Assembly (NCBI GenBank): GCA_963676915.2
Contig: CAXXVK010000011.1
Span: 1-64,000, forward strand
Length of the DNA: 64,000 nucleotides
Reading direction: 5' to 3'
Source: Myxococcota bacterium
GTDB lineage: Bacteria > Myxococcota_A > SURF-8 > G963663525
Part shown: positions 23,701 through 30,490 of the stretch, piece after piece
How positions within the stretch are numbered: position 1 is the stretch's first letter
How the letters are laid out: every line of letters begins with the position of its first letter
Notes under the pieces: generated by a model
Told to the model about the DNA's origin: nothing
The model's database searches: none
The model's input: only the letters and a program-made list of their open reading frames with translations
Made by a program: the position numbers and the translations under genes

Positions 23701-26700
23701 GATGGTGTCGACAACGATACACTGGCGGGACTGAGTTGTTCGACCGGTCAGGTAGCGAAATGGGACGGAATGAGCTGGTACTGCTCGAACGACGAATCTG
23801 CAGTTTACACGCAGGGTGACGGTATCTCGTTAGGTGATGGGATCATCGCTGTGGATTACGGTTCCGGTCTTGGGATCAATGCCGGTTCGTTGGAACTCAC
23901 CCTTGCTCCCGGTATGGAATTCGACGGTACGAATTCTCTGAGACCGATCCCCGGCAACGGTTTGACAATGGACGCCGCCGGCCTTGCCGTATCTCCTGGC
24001 GACGGTCTGACCTTCGACACCGGTCTTCTGACGCTGGACTTGGGTGACGGACTTGTTATGGCCGATGGCGTGGTAGGTGCTTCAATAGGTAACGGTCTCT
24101 ATTTCAATGGAAGTATGATTGAAGCTTCGTTGGGTGAAGGTCTTGCTTGGGATATTGATTACAATATCACGCTTGACTTGGGAACAGGTCTCATCTTGAC
24201 CGATGGTGCCGTGGAAACCGCTCTCGGCGACGATATCGACAGCAGCGAAATCCAGGATGGCACGATTACGTTTGCGGATCTTTCTGATAACTCCTGTGTT
24301 ACCGGCGATGCGATGGTGTACGATGGCGGTTCCTGGTCCTGTTCGGCGACCAACTTGCACAGCCATTCGGCCAGTGACATCACCAGCGGCGTGTTCGATT
24401 CGGCGCGATTGTACGCACAAACCATCGTCGTGCATCCCGGTGCGACCGAAGTCGACAGCGGCAACAATCTTCGCACCGCTCTGGACAGCATTGCCGATAA
24501 CGCGGAAACGAAACCCTACCTTGTGAAGATCGAGCCGGGTATTTACGACCTCGGCGGCACCTTGCTGGATGCCAAGCCGTATGTGGACATCCAAGGTTCC
24601 GGTCGCAACGCCACGGTGCTCAAGGGAGCGGAAATCGATAGCGGTATTATCAATGTCAATGGAGGACCGGTACAGATTCGCGACATGACGATCATGCACG
24701 GCGCAATGATCACGGGACTCTTCTACGGTATCAAAATCACCGATGCCAGCGTGCAGATCGAAAACGTGAACATCGTGATGAGTGCCACCGTTTCGACGAC
24801 CACCGCCAAGGCGATTGCGGTCGAGCAAAATACGGTAAGCGGGAAAGTCGTGGAAATTCACAATGTTAGCATCGAGTGGGATGACACGGGAGTCCAGATG
24901 CTCGACACCATCATGGGTATCGAACATATCGTGTCAACGAGCGGTGGCTCCGTCTACGACAACAAGCTTCGCGTCAGCGATACTCGGATTGCTCTTGCTA
25001 ACGATATGGCGGAACTATACGGAATCCTGGCGCAGGATATATCGACTCTCATCGAAAGTGATGAACACTCCGACATCGAACTTTCGGACGTTACGATCGA
25101 TCTCGATGCTTTCGATAACTTGGGTAATGGGACGTCCTATGGTATCCATTCCACCAAGGTGAAGCTGTTTGCCGACAATGTGGCGATCAACCTGTTTTCC
25201 GGTGCGGCAAACGCGTACGGTGTTTACAGTAGTAGGTCGCATTTCCAGTTGCAGGGCATGAACATCGTGTTGGATGGTACGCAGACCACTGGAACCACGG
25301 GTATCGGTATTTACCATCAGGACAGCATAGATGTCGGCATTCGACCGTTCAAAGTGTCGAATTCGACGATCAACGTCTCAACCTACGAAATGGCTCATGC
25401 CATCCAATCTACCGAAAGCATTCCCAATTATTGGGATGGCTTGACCGTTGTTGTCAAGGATAACGGCAGCGTAAGTACCGGGTTCTACGCTATCGGAGGG
25501 CAAGCGCATATCAGCAATTCAACCTTCGATATTGCCGCTTCTTCAACGGCCCGTGGTATCTACCAGTTCTCGACGACGTTGAACGTGGAAAACTGCCATC
25601 TTGCCGCCGACGGTTTTAATGAATCGACCACCCTCGCGGTGGACGTTAATTCTACGGGAAGCACCTTCCTGGGAGGCTCGTTGTCTCTCGATGGTGGAGT
25701 AAACAAAGCTGGAACTTACATCTGCAATCACTGTTACGACGTAGAGGGCCACGATGTCAGCGCGACTCCGCAACAGCGCATTCTGACCGTCACCGGTGGT
25801 GATACGGATGTCAACAACGGTACAAGTTTGCTCAAAACGTTGTCCTCGATTACCGACAACAATGCGGCGAATCCCTACCTGATCAAGCTCGAACCGGGCA
25901 TTTACGATCTCGATAGCTCCTCTTTGCAAATGAAAAGCTATGTAAACATCGAAGGTTCGGGAAGTTCCATCACCGAAATCAAAACATCGTTTGAAGGGGG
26001 GGATACAACCGGTGCCGTGCTAATGGTCGAATTTAGTATGCTCAAGGATGTGAAAGTCACAAACGATGTGGTGGGTGCGTCTCAATACGTGATCGGAATC
26101 AACGGTGCATGTTACCAGGATCGTCTCGATCATGTGGATGTGAAAATCTCGGCAGCGTCTTCAACGGCGACGGCTTCGTTGGTCGGTGTCATGGAGACCT
26201 GCTCGGCTACTGGAAACGGCACGGCATTCGACGAATTGAACGTTGCCATCAGCAACGACGGAAGTGCGCTGGTGGCCTACGGAATCTGGGCGAAAACCGG
26301 AACCGGGACGTACAATAACGCTATGTCCATCGAAGATTTCAGCGTAAGTTTCAATGGTTACGCCATTACTGCCGCTGGCATATTTGCCGATGACTCTTCC
26401 AATATTCCAACGGGAGAGGATGACGATATGAAATTCTTCATGAGGCGCGGAAAGCTCTCGTTGACTAATGCCTTGGCTGCAAGTACCACGAGTGGTGTGT
26501 CGTTGCTAGGCGTTCTTGCGGAAGTGAAAAATGTTAATGTATCAATGGAAACCTCAGATTCTACAGCGAGTCAGAATGGTCTGGTGATTGACAGCACTTC
26601 AACGAAGGATGGTGTAGAGCAGAATGTGGAGAACGTGAAAATCGTTCAAAACGGTACGTCACTGAATACCATCGGGGCTTCGTTGAGTGGAAACGCAAAC

Positions 26701-27084
26701 GTGACAGCCAAAGTCAACAATCTGCGAGTCAATACAAACACTTGGTCGTCAGGAATATCCTATAGCTTATATATTTTAACGCTAAATCAGGTCTTCCTGG
26801 ATGATTCCTTCCTTCAAAATCAGGATGATTCTGAAGGCGGTATCGCCATTTTCAGTGCGGCTGCTACGGTACTCGCTAAAAATTCTACGCTGCTTGGTGC
26901 TTCCACTGCTCTATACAGTACCATGTTGCCAAGCATCGGGGCTATTTACCTGACAGGTTGCAACGTGTCAGGAGGAGCCACGCAAGAAGCTCTCGATAGT
27001 ATCAAATGTCTGAATTCGAACGATCTGGATTCGTTTACCGAGTTGGCTGCTGATTGCGGAGCGACGATAATGGAACTGCCGTAA
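14746..27084 (+). CDS. Giant (4112 aa) secreted repetitive fibre/tailspike-like adhesin
   Basis: Uninterrupted ORF with RBS ggaga; signal peptide (AWA/E); N-terminal domain ending PRQRITAVPYA; CxxGQxxxWxGxxWxC repeats; 38-aa repeats; three VEPGVYDLG...YVDLQGSG modules. Confidence 0.85.
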   Translation: MKRFSSLLLALFVLLFPLWAWAEIPDQMRLQAYLTDDFGNPLSGDYDVVLKVYATQESEDAIWEDSLSITVDGGFMNFVVGDAENPLDANVFGEDGEAWLGIKIGEDPEMVPRQRITAVPYATRSSIAEYALEAGNVPTDAEIIGMLEEDGSFALSAELNDGDPLTTPVGWSDLSGIPEAFSDGTDNQLSEAEVLQIINDNGYVSSEQLDAYAFRNQSCTSFGADYVVAGIDTDGNVICVQDQNTEYGAADFALSAQSCESGFLMAGVSEEGMPICVPDTDTTYDGSVFALSDQDCSSMGEGYYVAGFDGEGNVLCYADNDLLAGLSCDAGQIATFDGESWNCADDNVLDEAAVDAFVANNGYLTSVDWTEVTGIPSDFSDGTDDVLDEAAVDGYVANNGYLTSVDWTEVTGIPSDFSDGTDDVLDEAAVDGYVANNGYLTSVDWTEVTGIPSDFSDGTDDVLDEAAVDGYVANNGYLTSVDWTEVTGIPSDFSDGTDDVLDEAAVDGYVANNGYLTSVDWTEVTGIPSDFSDGTDDVLDEAAVDGYVANNGYLTSVDWTEVTGIPSDFSDGVDADTLAGLSCSASQVAMWDGEGWSCAYDYDSLGDIECGTGQLIAFNGEGWDCIDDADTKYDVATGQGLVLTENAFALRPDCLDGEVLAWNPDALGTGIGGWECRPGLPNDCSDGQIAQYVSDGFWTCIDDAKLTESEVDAFVANNGYLTSVDWTEVTGIPSDFSDGTDDVLDEAAVDGYVANNGYLTSVDWTEVTGIPSDFSDGTDDVLDEAAVDGYVANNGYLTSVDWTEVTGIPSDFSDGTDDVLDEAAVDGYVANNGYLTSVSWEEVSGIPSDFSDGVDADTLAGLSCSASQVAMWDGEGWSCAYDYDSLGDIECGTGQLIAFNGEGWDCIDDADTKYDVAAGQGLVLTENAFALRPDCLDGEVLAWNPDALGTGVGGWECRPGLPNDCSDGQIAQYVSDGFWTCIDDAKLTESEVDAFVANNGYLTSVDWTEVTGIPSDFSDGTDDVLDEAAVDGYVANNGYLTSVDWTEVTGIPSDFSDGTDDVLDEAAVDGYVANNGYLTSVDWTEVTGIPSDFSDGTDDVLDEAAVDGYVANNGYLTSVDWTDVANIPSDFSDGVDADTLAGLACSAYQVAMWDVEGGWYCAYDFDSLGDIECGTGQLIAFNGEGWDCIDDADTKYAVAAGQGLVLTENAFALRPDCLDGEVLAWNPDALGTGIGGWECRPGLPNDCSDGQIAQYVSDGFWTCIDDAKLTESEVDAFVANNGYLTSVDWTEVTGIPSDFSDGTDDVLDEAAVDGYVANNGYLTSVDWTEVTGIPSDFSDGTDDVLDEAAVDGYVANNGYLTSVDWTEVTGIPSDFSDGTDDVLDEAAVDGYVANNGYLTSVDWTEVTGIPSDFSDGVDADTLAGLSCSASQVAMWDGEGWSCAYDYDSLGDIECGTGQLIAFNGEGWDCIDDADTKYGVAAGQGLVLTENAFALRPDCLDGEVLAWNPDALGTGVGGWECRPGLPNDCSDGQIAQYVSDGFWTCIDDAKLTESEVDAFVANNGYLTSVDWTEVTGIPSDFSDGTDDVLDEAAVDGYVANNGYLTSVDWTEVTGIPSDFSDGTDDVLDEAAVDGYVANNGYLTSVDWTEVTGIPSDFSDGTDDVLDEAAVDGYVANNGYLTSVDWTEVTGIPSDFSDGTDDVLDEAAVDGYVANNGYLTSVDWTEVTGIPSDFSDGTDDVLDEAAVDGYVANNGYLTSVDWTEVTGIPSDFSDGTDDVLDEAAVDGYVANNGYLTSVDWTEVTGIPSDFSDGVDADTLAGLSCSASQVAMWDGEGWSCAYDYDSLGDIECGTGQLIAFNGEGWDCIDDADTKYAVAAGQGLVLTENAFALRPDCLDGEVLAWNPDALGTGIGGWECRPGLPNDCSDGQIAQYVSDGFWTCIDDAKLTESEVDAFVANNGYLTSVDWTEVTGIPSDFSDGTDDVLDEAAVDGYVANNGYLTSVDWTEVTGIPRDFSDGTDDVLDEAAVDGYVANNGYLTSVDWTEVTNIPSDFSDGVDADTLAGLACSAYQVAMWDVEGGWYCAYDFDSLGDIECGTGQLIAFNGEGWDCIDDADTKYAVAAGQGLVLTENAFALRPDCLDGEVLAWNPDALGTGIGGWECRPGLPNDCSDGQIAQYVSDGFWTCIDDAKLTESEVDAFVANNGYLTSVDWTEVTGIPSDFSDGTDDVLDEAAVDGYVANNGYLTSVDWTEVTGIPSDFSDGTDDVLDEAAVDGYVANNGYLTSVDWTEVTGIPSDFSDGTDDVLDEAAVDGYVANNGYLTSVDWTEVTGIPSDFSDGTDDVLDEAAVDGYVANNGYLTSVDWTEVTNIPSDFSDGTDDVLDEATVDAMVANNGFMTSVDWTEVTGIPAGFSDGVDADTLAGLSCSSSQVAMWDGEGWSCAYDYDSLGDIECGTGQLIAFSSEGWYCIDDANTTYSGADFALSDQGCTGDQYVSGIGTDGSVICARPTSTSDASEITSGVFDSARLYAQIIVVRPDVDALSSGTALYNVVDGITGTSSDNRILVQVEPGVYDLGTNSLYLDDPYVDLQGSGRGMTVIKGSGVDLPPIHIVSEPVEVRDLTAIKEGDGSNNIAIIVGGVSANITRVDAVIDLTGVSGSDNVIEISHTNVSGKTVVLHDVTVKGNSNGYATTMTGIKYLNSGTFSGNTLAVSDSLIVIKGSNFTNATGLSVTGDIGGTEEDAPTLNLNNVTIDIVIPSSTACTAFGVQSYAARMVADGVDMSLDLPTTTGFSATAISEQSSSPQVKNLVARLSAYNVSGVYRTDGLATVLPHSYDGLTIYGVGTNTATGMNLTYDTTKSVTVLNSVLEVTAPASSTGILVNSNTQAVRVGNTYVTSYGATTYSVGVDVQGSGSDGLVRMDNSTLDTEGAVVSIAAGATFNGGSVKFNGLEPSVTGTYTCMYCYDVGDGGYAEVQPVQWSEIDGIPTDFDDGVDNDTLAGLSCSTGQVAKWDGMSWYCSNDESAVYTQGDGISLGDGIIAVDYGSGLGINAGSLELTLAPGMEFDGTNSLRPIPGNGLTMDAAGLAVSPGDGLTFDTGLLTLDLGDGLVMADGVVGASIGNGLYFNGSMIEASLGEGLAWDIDYNITLDLGTGLILTDGAVETALGDDIDSSEIQDGTITFADLSDNSCVTGDAMVYDGGSWSCSATNLHSHSASDITSGVFDSARLYAQTIVVHPGATEVDSGNNLRTALDSIADNAETKPYLVKIEPGIYDLGGTLLDAKPYVDIQGSGRNATVLKGAEIDSGIINVNGGPVQIRDMTIMHGAMITGLFYGIKITDASVQIENVNIVMSATVSTTTAKAIAVEQNTVSGKVVEIHNVSIEWDDTGVQMLDTIMGIEHIVSTSGGSVYDNKLRVSDTRIALANDMAELYGILAQDISTLIESDEHSDIELSDVTIDLDAFDNLGNGTSYGIHSTKVKLFADNVAINLFSGAANAYGVYSSRSHFQLQGMNIVLDGTQTTGTTGIGIYHQDSIDVGIRPFKVSNSTINVSTYEMAHAIQSTESIPNYWDGLTVVVKDNGSVSTGFYAIGGQAHISNSTFDIAASSTARGIYQFSTTLNVENCHLAADGFNESTTLAVDVNSTGSTFLGGSLSLDGGVNKAGTYICNHCYDVEGHDVSATPQQRILTVTGGDTDVNNGTSLLKTLSSITDNNAANPYLIKLEPGIYDLDSSSLQMKSYVNIEGSGSSITEIKTSFEGGDTTGAVLMVEFSMLKDVKVTNDVVGASQYVIGINGACYQDRLDHVDVKISAASSTATASLVGVMETCSATGNGTAFDELNVAISNDGSALVAYGIWAKTGTGTYNNAMSIEDFSVSFNGYAITAAGIFADDSSNIPTGEDDDMKFFMRRGKLSLTNALAASTTSGVSLLGVLAEVKNVNVSMETSDSTASQNGLVIDSTSTKDGVEQNVENVKIVQNGTSLNTIGASLSGNANVTAKVNNLRVNTNTWSSGISYSLYILTLNQVFLDDSFLQNQDDSEGGIAIFSAAATVLAKNSTLLGASTALYSTMLPSIGAIYLTGCNVSGGATQEALDSIKCLNSNDLDSFTELAADCGATIMELP
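15787..22150 (+). repeat. Hierarchical coding tandem array: 34 x 114-bp unit interleaved with 6.5 x 387/390-bp unit
   Basis: A-unit blocks of 6,4,4,4,7,3,6 copies start at 15787, 16858, 17701, 18547, 19390, 20575 and 21307. B units start at 16471, 17314, 18157, 19003, 20188, 20917 and 21991 (last one partial). Checked by coordinate arithmetic. Confidence 0.95.
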
Positions 27085-27101
27085 ATAACTCTCTTTCAAT
27101 G

Positions 27102-27136
27102 AAAACCTCCCTCGGAAACGGGGGAGGTTTTTTTTT
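27102..27136 (+). terminator. Rho-independent terminator of the giant gene
   Basis: aaaacctccctcg gaaa cgggggaggtttt followed by a T-run. Confidence 0.85.
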
Positions 27137-27216
27137 GGAAGCAATGAAAAAAAGAGGGGTTTGGAGGACAATGTGGGAGTTTTGCAGGTTTTTACGCACC
27201 TTGGTAGGGCTTGTGC

Positions 27217-27244
27217 TTGACCTTCCGCCCGAAGGCGGTACAAT
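27217..27244 (+). promoter_or_regulatory. Putative sigma70 promoter
   Basis: TTGACC-16 nt-TACAAT. Confidence 0.45.
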
Positions 27245-27433
27245 AAATTGAAACACCGGTGAAACGAATTCGAAAACGGCTCCATGCTGTCGTCATTCGA
27301 AGACGTGGACGTTTCGCCCGTTTTGGGCAAACGCCGATAATTTTCTAGACTTTCGCCGGAAAAACCGTGTATGGATTGAGAGAACCAATTCGAATTGTTG
27401 CGTTTTTTCGATTTGTCAGACCAGGGAGTCACA

Positions 27434-28252
27434 ATGATGAAGCGGCGTGGGGTAAGCCTGTTGATCGGTTTGTTTTTCGTCTTATTAAGCACCATAGCGG
27501 TAGCTCAGGATGCTCCGGAAGCACAGAGCGAAATCAATGCCAATTCCATTGACCAGATCCTTGAGGATGTCGAAAAAGGCAAGACTCCGGAAGTACTTAC
27601 GGAAGAAGAAGTCAATCCGGAACCGGTTCCTGAAGAGTTGATCGAAGATACACCGCCCGTTCTCTCGGTTGAGGATCAGGCACCGGTCGTTGCGAAACAA
27701 GAACCCCAGCCAATTGCTCCAGGTGTCTACGGGCACGTTCATCCGCGAGCGGCCATCGGACTATTGGGATCGGATCTGGCCGCAGATGTCGGTATCATGC
27801 TGGAAGCCAGCGGAAAATATTTGGGAATTTTCGCTCGTGGCGGCGGATATATGCCGACGAACCACGACATCGAATATGCCTTTGATTTCGGTATCGGATT
27901 CCACATTTATCCCTTCGGAACCGCTCCCGGTGGGTTTTATTTCGGACCGGCCCTGTCGATTCTGCATTTCTGTTACGATCCCGGTCCCTTCGTGGGGATT
28001 CCCACTGTTACAGCCGACCAGGCGGATGATTACACCATCCGCGAGATCATGGGAATGAGCGACGAGCGCAACATGCCGAGGCAATACGACCTGGTCGTTC
28101 CCATGGTGGATGTCGGATACAAACATTGGTTCGATTTCGGTCTGACCTTGGGAATCGAAGCCTCGGCAGGCTACGCCAGGTCCGACCAGAAAGATCAGCA
28201 TCCCAGCGAATTTTACGTGATGGCTACACCGGTCATCGGTTACGGTTGGTAA
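27434..28252 (+). CDS. Putative outer-membrane beta-barrel protein with acidic Pro-rich N-terminus
   Basis: Signal peptide (AVA/Q), amphipathic strands, terminal IGYGW; RBS gggag. Confidence 0.6.
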   Translation: MMKRRGVSLLIGLFFVLLSTIAVAQDAPEAQSEINANSIDQILEDVEKGKTPEVLTEEEVNPEPVPEELIEDTPPVLSVEDQAPVVAKQEPQPIAPGVYGHVHPRAAIGLLGSDLAADVGIMLEASGKYLGIFARGGGYMPTNHDIEYAFDFGIGFHIYPFGTAPGGFYFGPALSILHFCYDPGPFVGIPTVTADQADDYTIREIMGMSDERNMPRQYDLVVPMVDVGYKHWFDFGLTLGIEASAGYARSDQKDQHPSEFYVMATPVIGYGW

Positions 28253-28418
28253 AGCACGCGAATGTTTCCAAATGTGGGGGATTGAAAGGCGAGGGCCGAC
28301 ACCATCGGACGAGGGTTTGTGCCGTGGGATGGTCTGTTGTTCTTGAAAAAAACGGCTGTAAAAATTACATAAGCGGTTGAATTCATAAGAAAATATTGTA
28401 CTTGAAGGAGGAGTTTGC

Positions 28419-29189
28419 ATGGCAATGTCGGAAGATCGGACAATGCAGGGACGCAAGGCCGTCGTAACCGGAGCTTCTAAGGGAATCGGTCTGGCGATCG
28501 TGCAGGAGTTGGCTTCTCAAGGCTGCGACGTGATGATGGTGTCTCGTAAAGAGCCGGTTTTGCAGGCTGCTGCCGAGCAGGTCGCCAAGGATTACAACGC
28601 CAAGATACTGTTCCATGCTGCTCATTGTGGAAAAGATGAAGCCATTGCCGCACTGGCCAAAGATATCGAGGAACGTTTGGGCGGGCTGGATTTTGTAGTC
28701 AACAACGCCGCCACCAATCCGGCTTTCGGTTTCAGCGTTGATTTTCCCACCGCTCTGTTCCGTAAAATTCTCGATACCAATCTCGTAGGCTATCAGGGCA
28801 TGGTGCAGGCGATGTTGCCGATGCTGGAAAAATCCGATGCAGCGTCCGTGGTGAACATTTCCTCCGAAGCCGGTTTGCGTCCAGCCCATTTCATGGGGAT
28901 GTACAGTGTCGCCAAAGCCGGTGTCAACATGATGACCAAAGTGCTGGCCCGCGAGTTGGGACCGCGTGGTATTCGTGTCAATGCCATTGCTCCGGGACTG
29001 GTCAAAACCGATTTCTCTCGCGTTTTATGGGAAAACCAGAGCGTGCTTGACGAAGTGCTGTCCAAACAAGCGCTCGATACAATGGCAGAGCCGGAAGACA
29101 TCGCTCGGTCGGTCGTCCACCTGCTTTCTCCGGCCAGCCGTATGACCACGGGTGTGGTGCTGTCCATCGACGGCGGCTCTACTTTGTAA
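28419..29189 (+). CDS. Short-chain dehydrogenase/reductase
   Basis: TGASKGIG, NNAA, YSVAK, IRVNAIAPG. Confidence 0.93.
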   Translation: MAMSEDRTMQGRKAVVTGASKGIGLAIVQELASQGCDVMMVSRKEPVLQAAAEQVAKDYNAKILFHAAHCGKDEAIAALAKDIEERLGGLDFVVNNAATNPAFGFSVDFPTALFRKILDTNLVGYQGMVQAMLPMLEKSDAASVVNISSEAGLRPAHFMGMYSVAKAGVNMMTKVLARELGPRGIRVNAIAPGLVKTDFSRVLWENQSVLDEVLSKQALDTMAEPEDIARSVVHLLSPASRMTTGVVLSIDGGSTL

Positions 29190-29226
29190 TCATAACCCTC
29201 GTTTCGATAGGGAAAAGGCGGATTTT

Positions 29227-30204
29227 ATGAAGAAAATGTTTCGGTTGGGGATTATCGGAGCCACAGGAACGGCGCGAAAGCGGATTCTACCGGCCCTTGA
29301 TGGCTCCGAAGTGTGTCGGCCCGTCGCCATTCAAAGTCGCAACATCGAAGCCAACGACGAAATCGCCGAACTGTTCGAGATCGACGCCTCCTATTCGGGG
29401 GTGGACGACCTGTTGACCCATCCCGGTATCGATGGCGTATACATTGCCACTCCACCGTTTTTGCATATGCAGCAGATCGAATTGGCGTTGATGCGCGGTT
29501 TGCATGTGCTGGTTGAAAAACCGTTGTGTATTTCATTGACCGAGGCCGAGCGTATCCTGGAAATGACGCAGAATACGGACGTTCTCGTGGCGGTGGCTCA
29601 CCATCTGCGGATGCATCCGGCCATTCCCTGGATACAGAGCATGATCGGCGAAGGCCGGTTGTTGGGAAAAGTCAAGTACGCGAACATGGTTTGGGTCTAC
29701 AATCTGGACCGACAGGCCCGAAACGCTCGCTGGAAACTCAATCCGTCCCGCAATCCCGGCGGTGTGATGGACGATATAGGCATCCACCTTGTCGATATGG
29801 CGCAAGCGCTGTTCGGTACGCCGAATGATGCGGTGTCCACATCCCGTATACCCGATGGCGGGGTGCGACAATCTGTTTGCGGTTGCCTGAACTATCCCGA
29901 CTTCGATGTTAGCCTGTTTTGCTCGTGGGATGCGCCGAAACTGGCCAACAATCTGAATATCTGGTGTGAAAAAGGCTATTTGTGTGTCAACAACCTTTTT
30001 GTGGATTCCATGGCTCCTCACGGCAAGATCGTCAAGCCGGACGGCACCTGCAACGAGGTCGAATTCAGGGAGCGCGATCTCTACGGCCTGGAAATCGAGG
30101 AATTCTGTTTGGCGGCGCAAAAAGAACGTCCGGTGTTGACCAGCGTGCAAAGCGCGGTGGACGCCATGAAGCTGGTACGCCGGATGTTTTCCAAAACGAG
30201 ATGA
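29227..30204 (+). CDS. Gfo/Idh/MocA family oxidoreductase
   Basis: GIIGA, VYIATP, HVLVEKP, GGVMDDIGIH. Confidence 0.9.
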   Translation: MKKMFRLGIIGATGTARKRILPALDGSEVCRPVAIQSRNIEANDEIAELFEIDASYSGVDDLLTHPGIDGVYIATPPFLHMQQIELALMRGLHVLVEKPLCISLTEAERILEMTQNTDVLVAVAHHLRMHPAIPWIQSMIGEGRLLGKVKYANMVWVYNLDRQARNARWKLNPSRNPGGVMDDIGIHLVDMAQALFGTPNDAVSTSRIPDGGVRQSVCGCLNYPDFDVSLFCSWDAPKLANNLNIWCEKGYLCVNNLFVDSMAPHGKIVKPDGTCNEVEFRERDLYGLEIEEFCLAAQKERPVLTSVQSAVDAMKLVRRMFSKTR

Positions 30205-30490
30205 CACAGGGCTGAAAAACACTCATTTCGCATTTTCCCTGTAGGATTGAACACTTTGCCGATGTGCCTGAAACCCCTGTGTGAGGAGCATCCTTGCAGA
30301 TTCCTTTTGTGAGTTTTTCTATGTTTTGTAACTGCTTGAAATTTCTAGGGTTATACTCAAAATAGGCAATAAAGGTTTGACATCCACCGGCCGATTTGTG
30401 ATGGTTAGGTGCTGACTTCGATTTCCATATCTATTCGATTTGAGGGACATTCCGACGGTTCGTGCCGCCGGGGTCCGAATACGAGAAACA

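Noticed and set aside
14746-27084. Prophage or tailocin origin of the fibre gene
   Set aside because: It has a Sec signal peptide, and there are no capsid, baseplate, sheath or integrase genes in the window.
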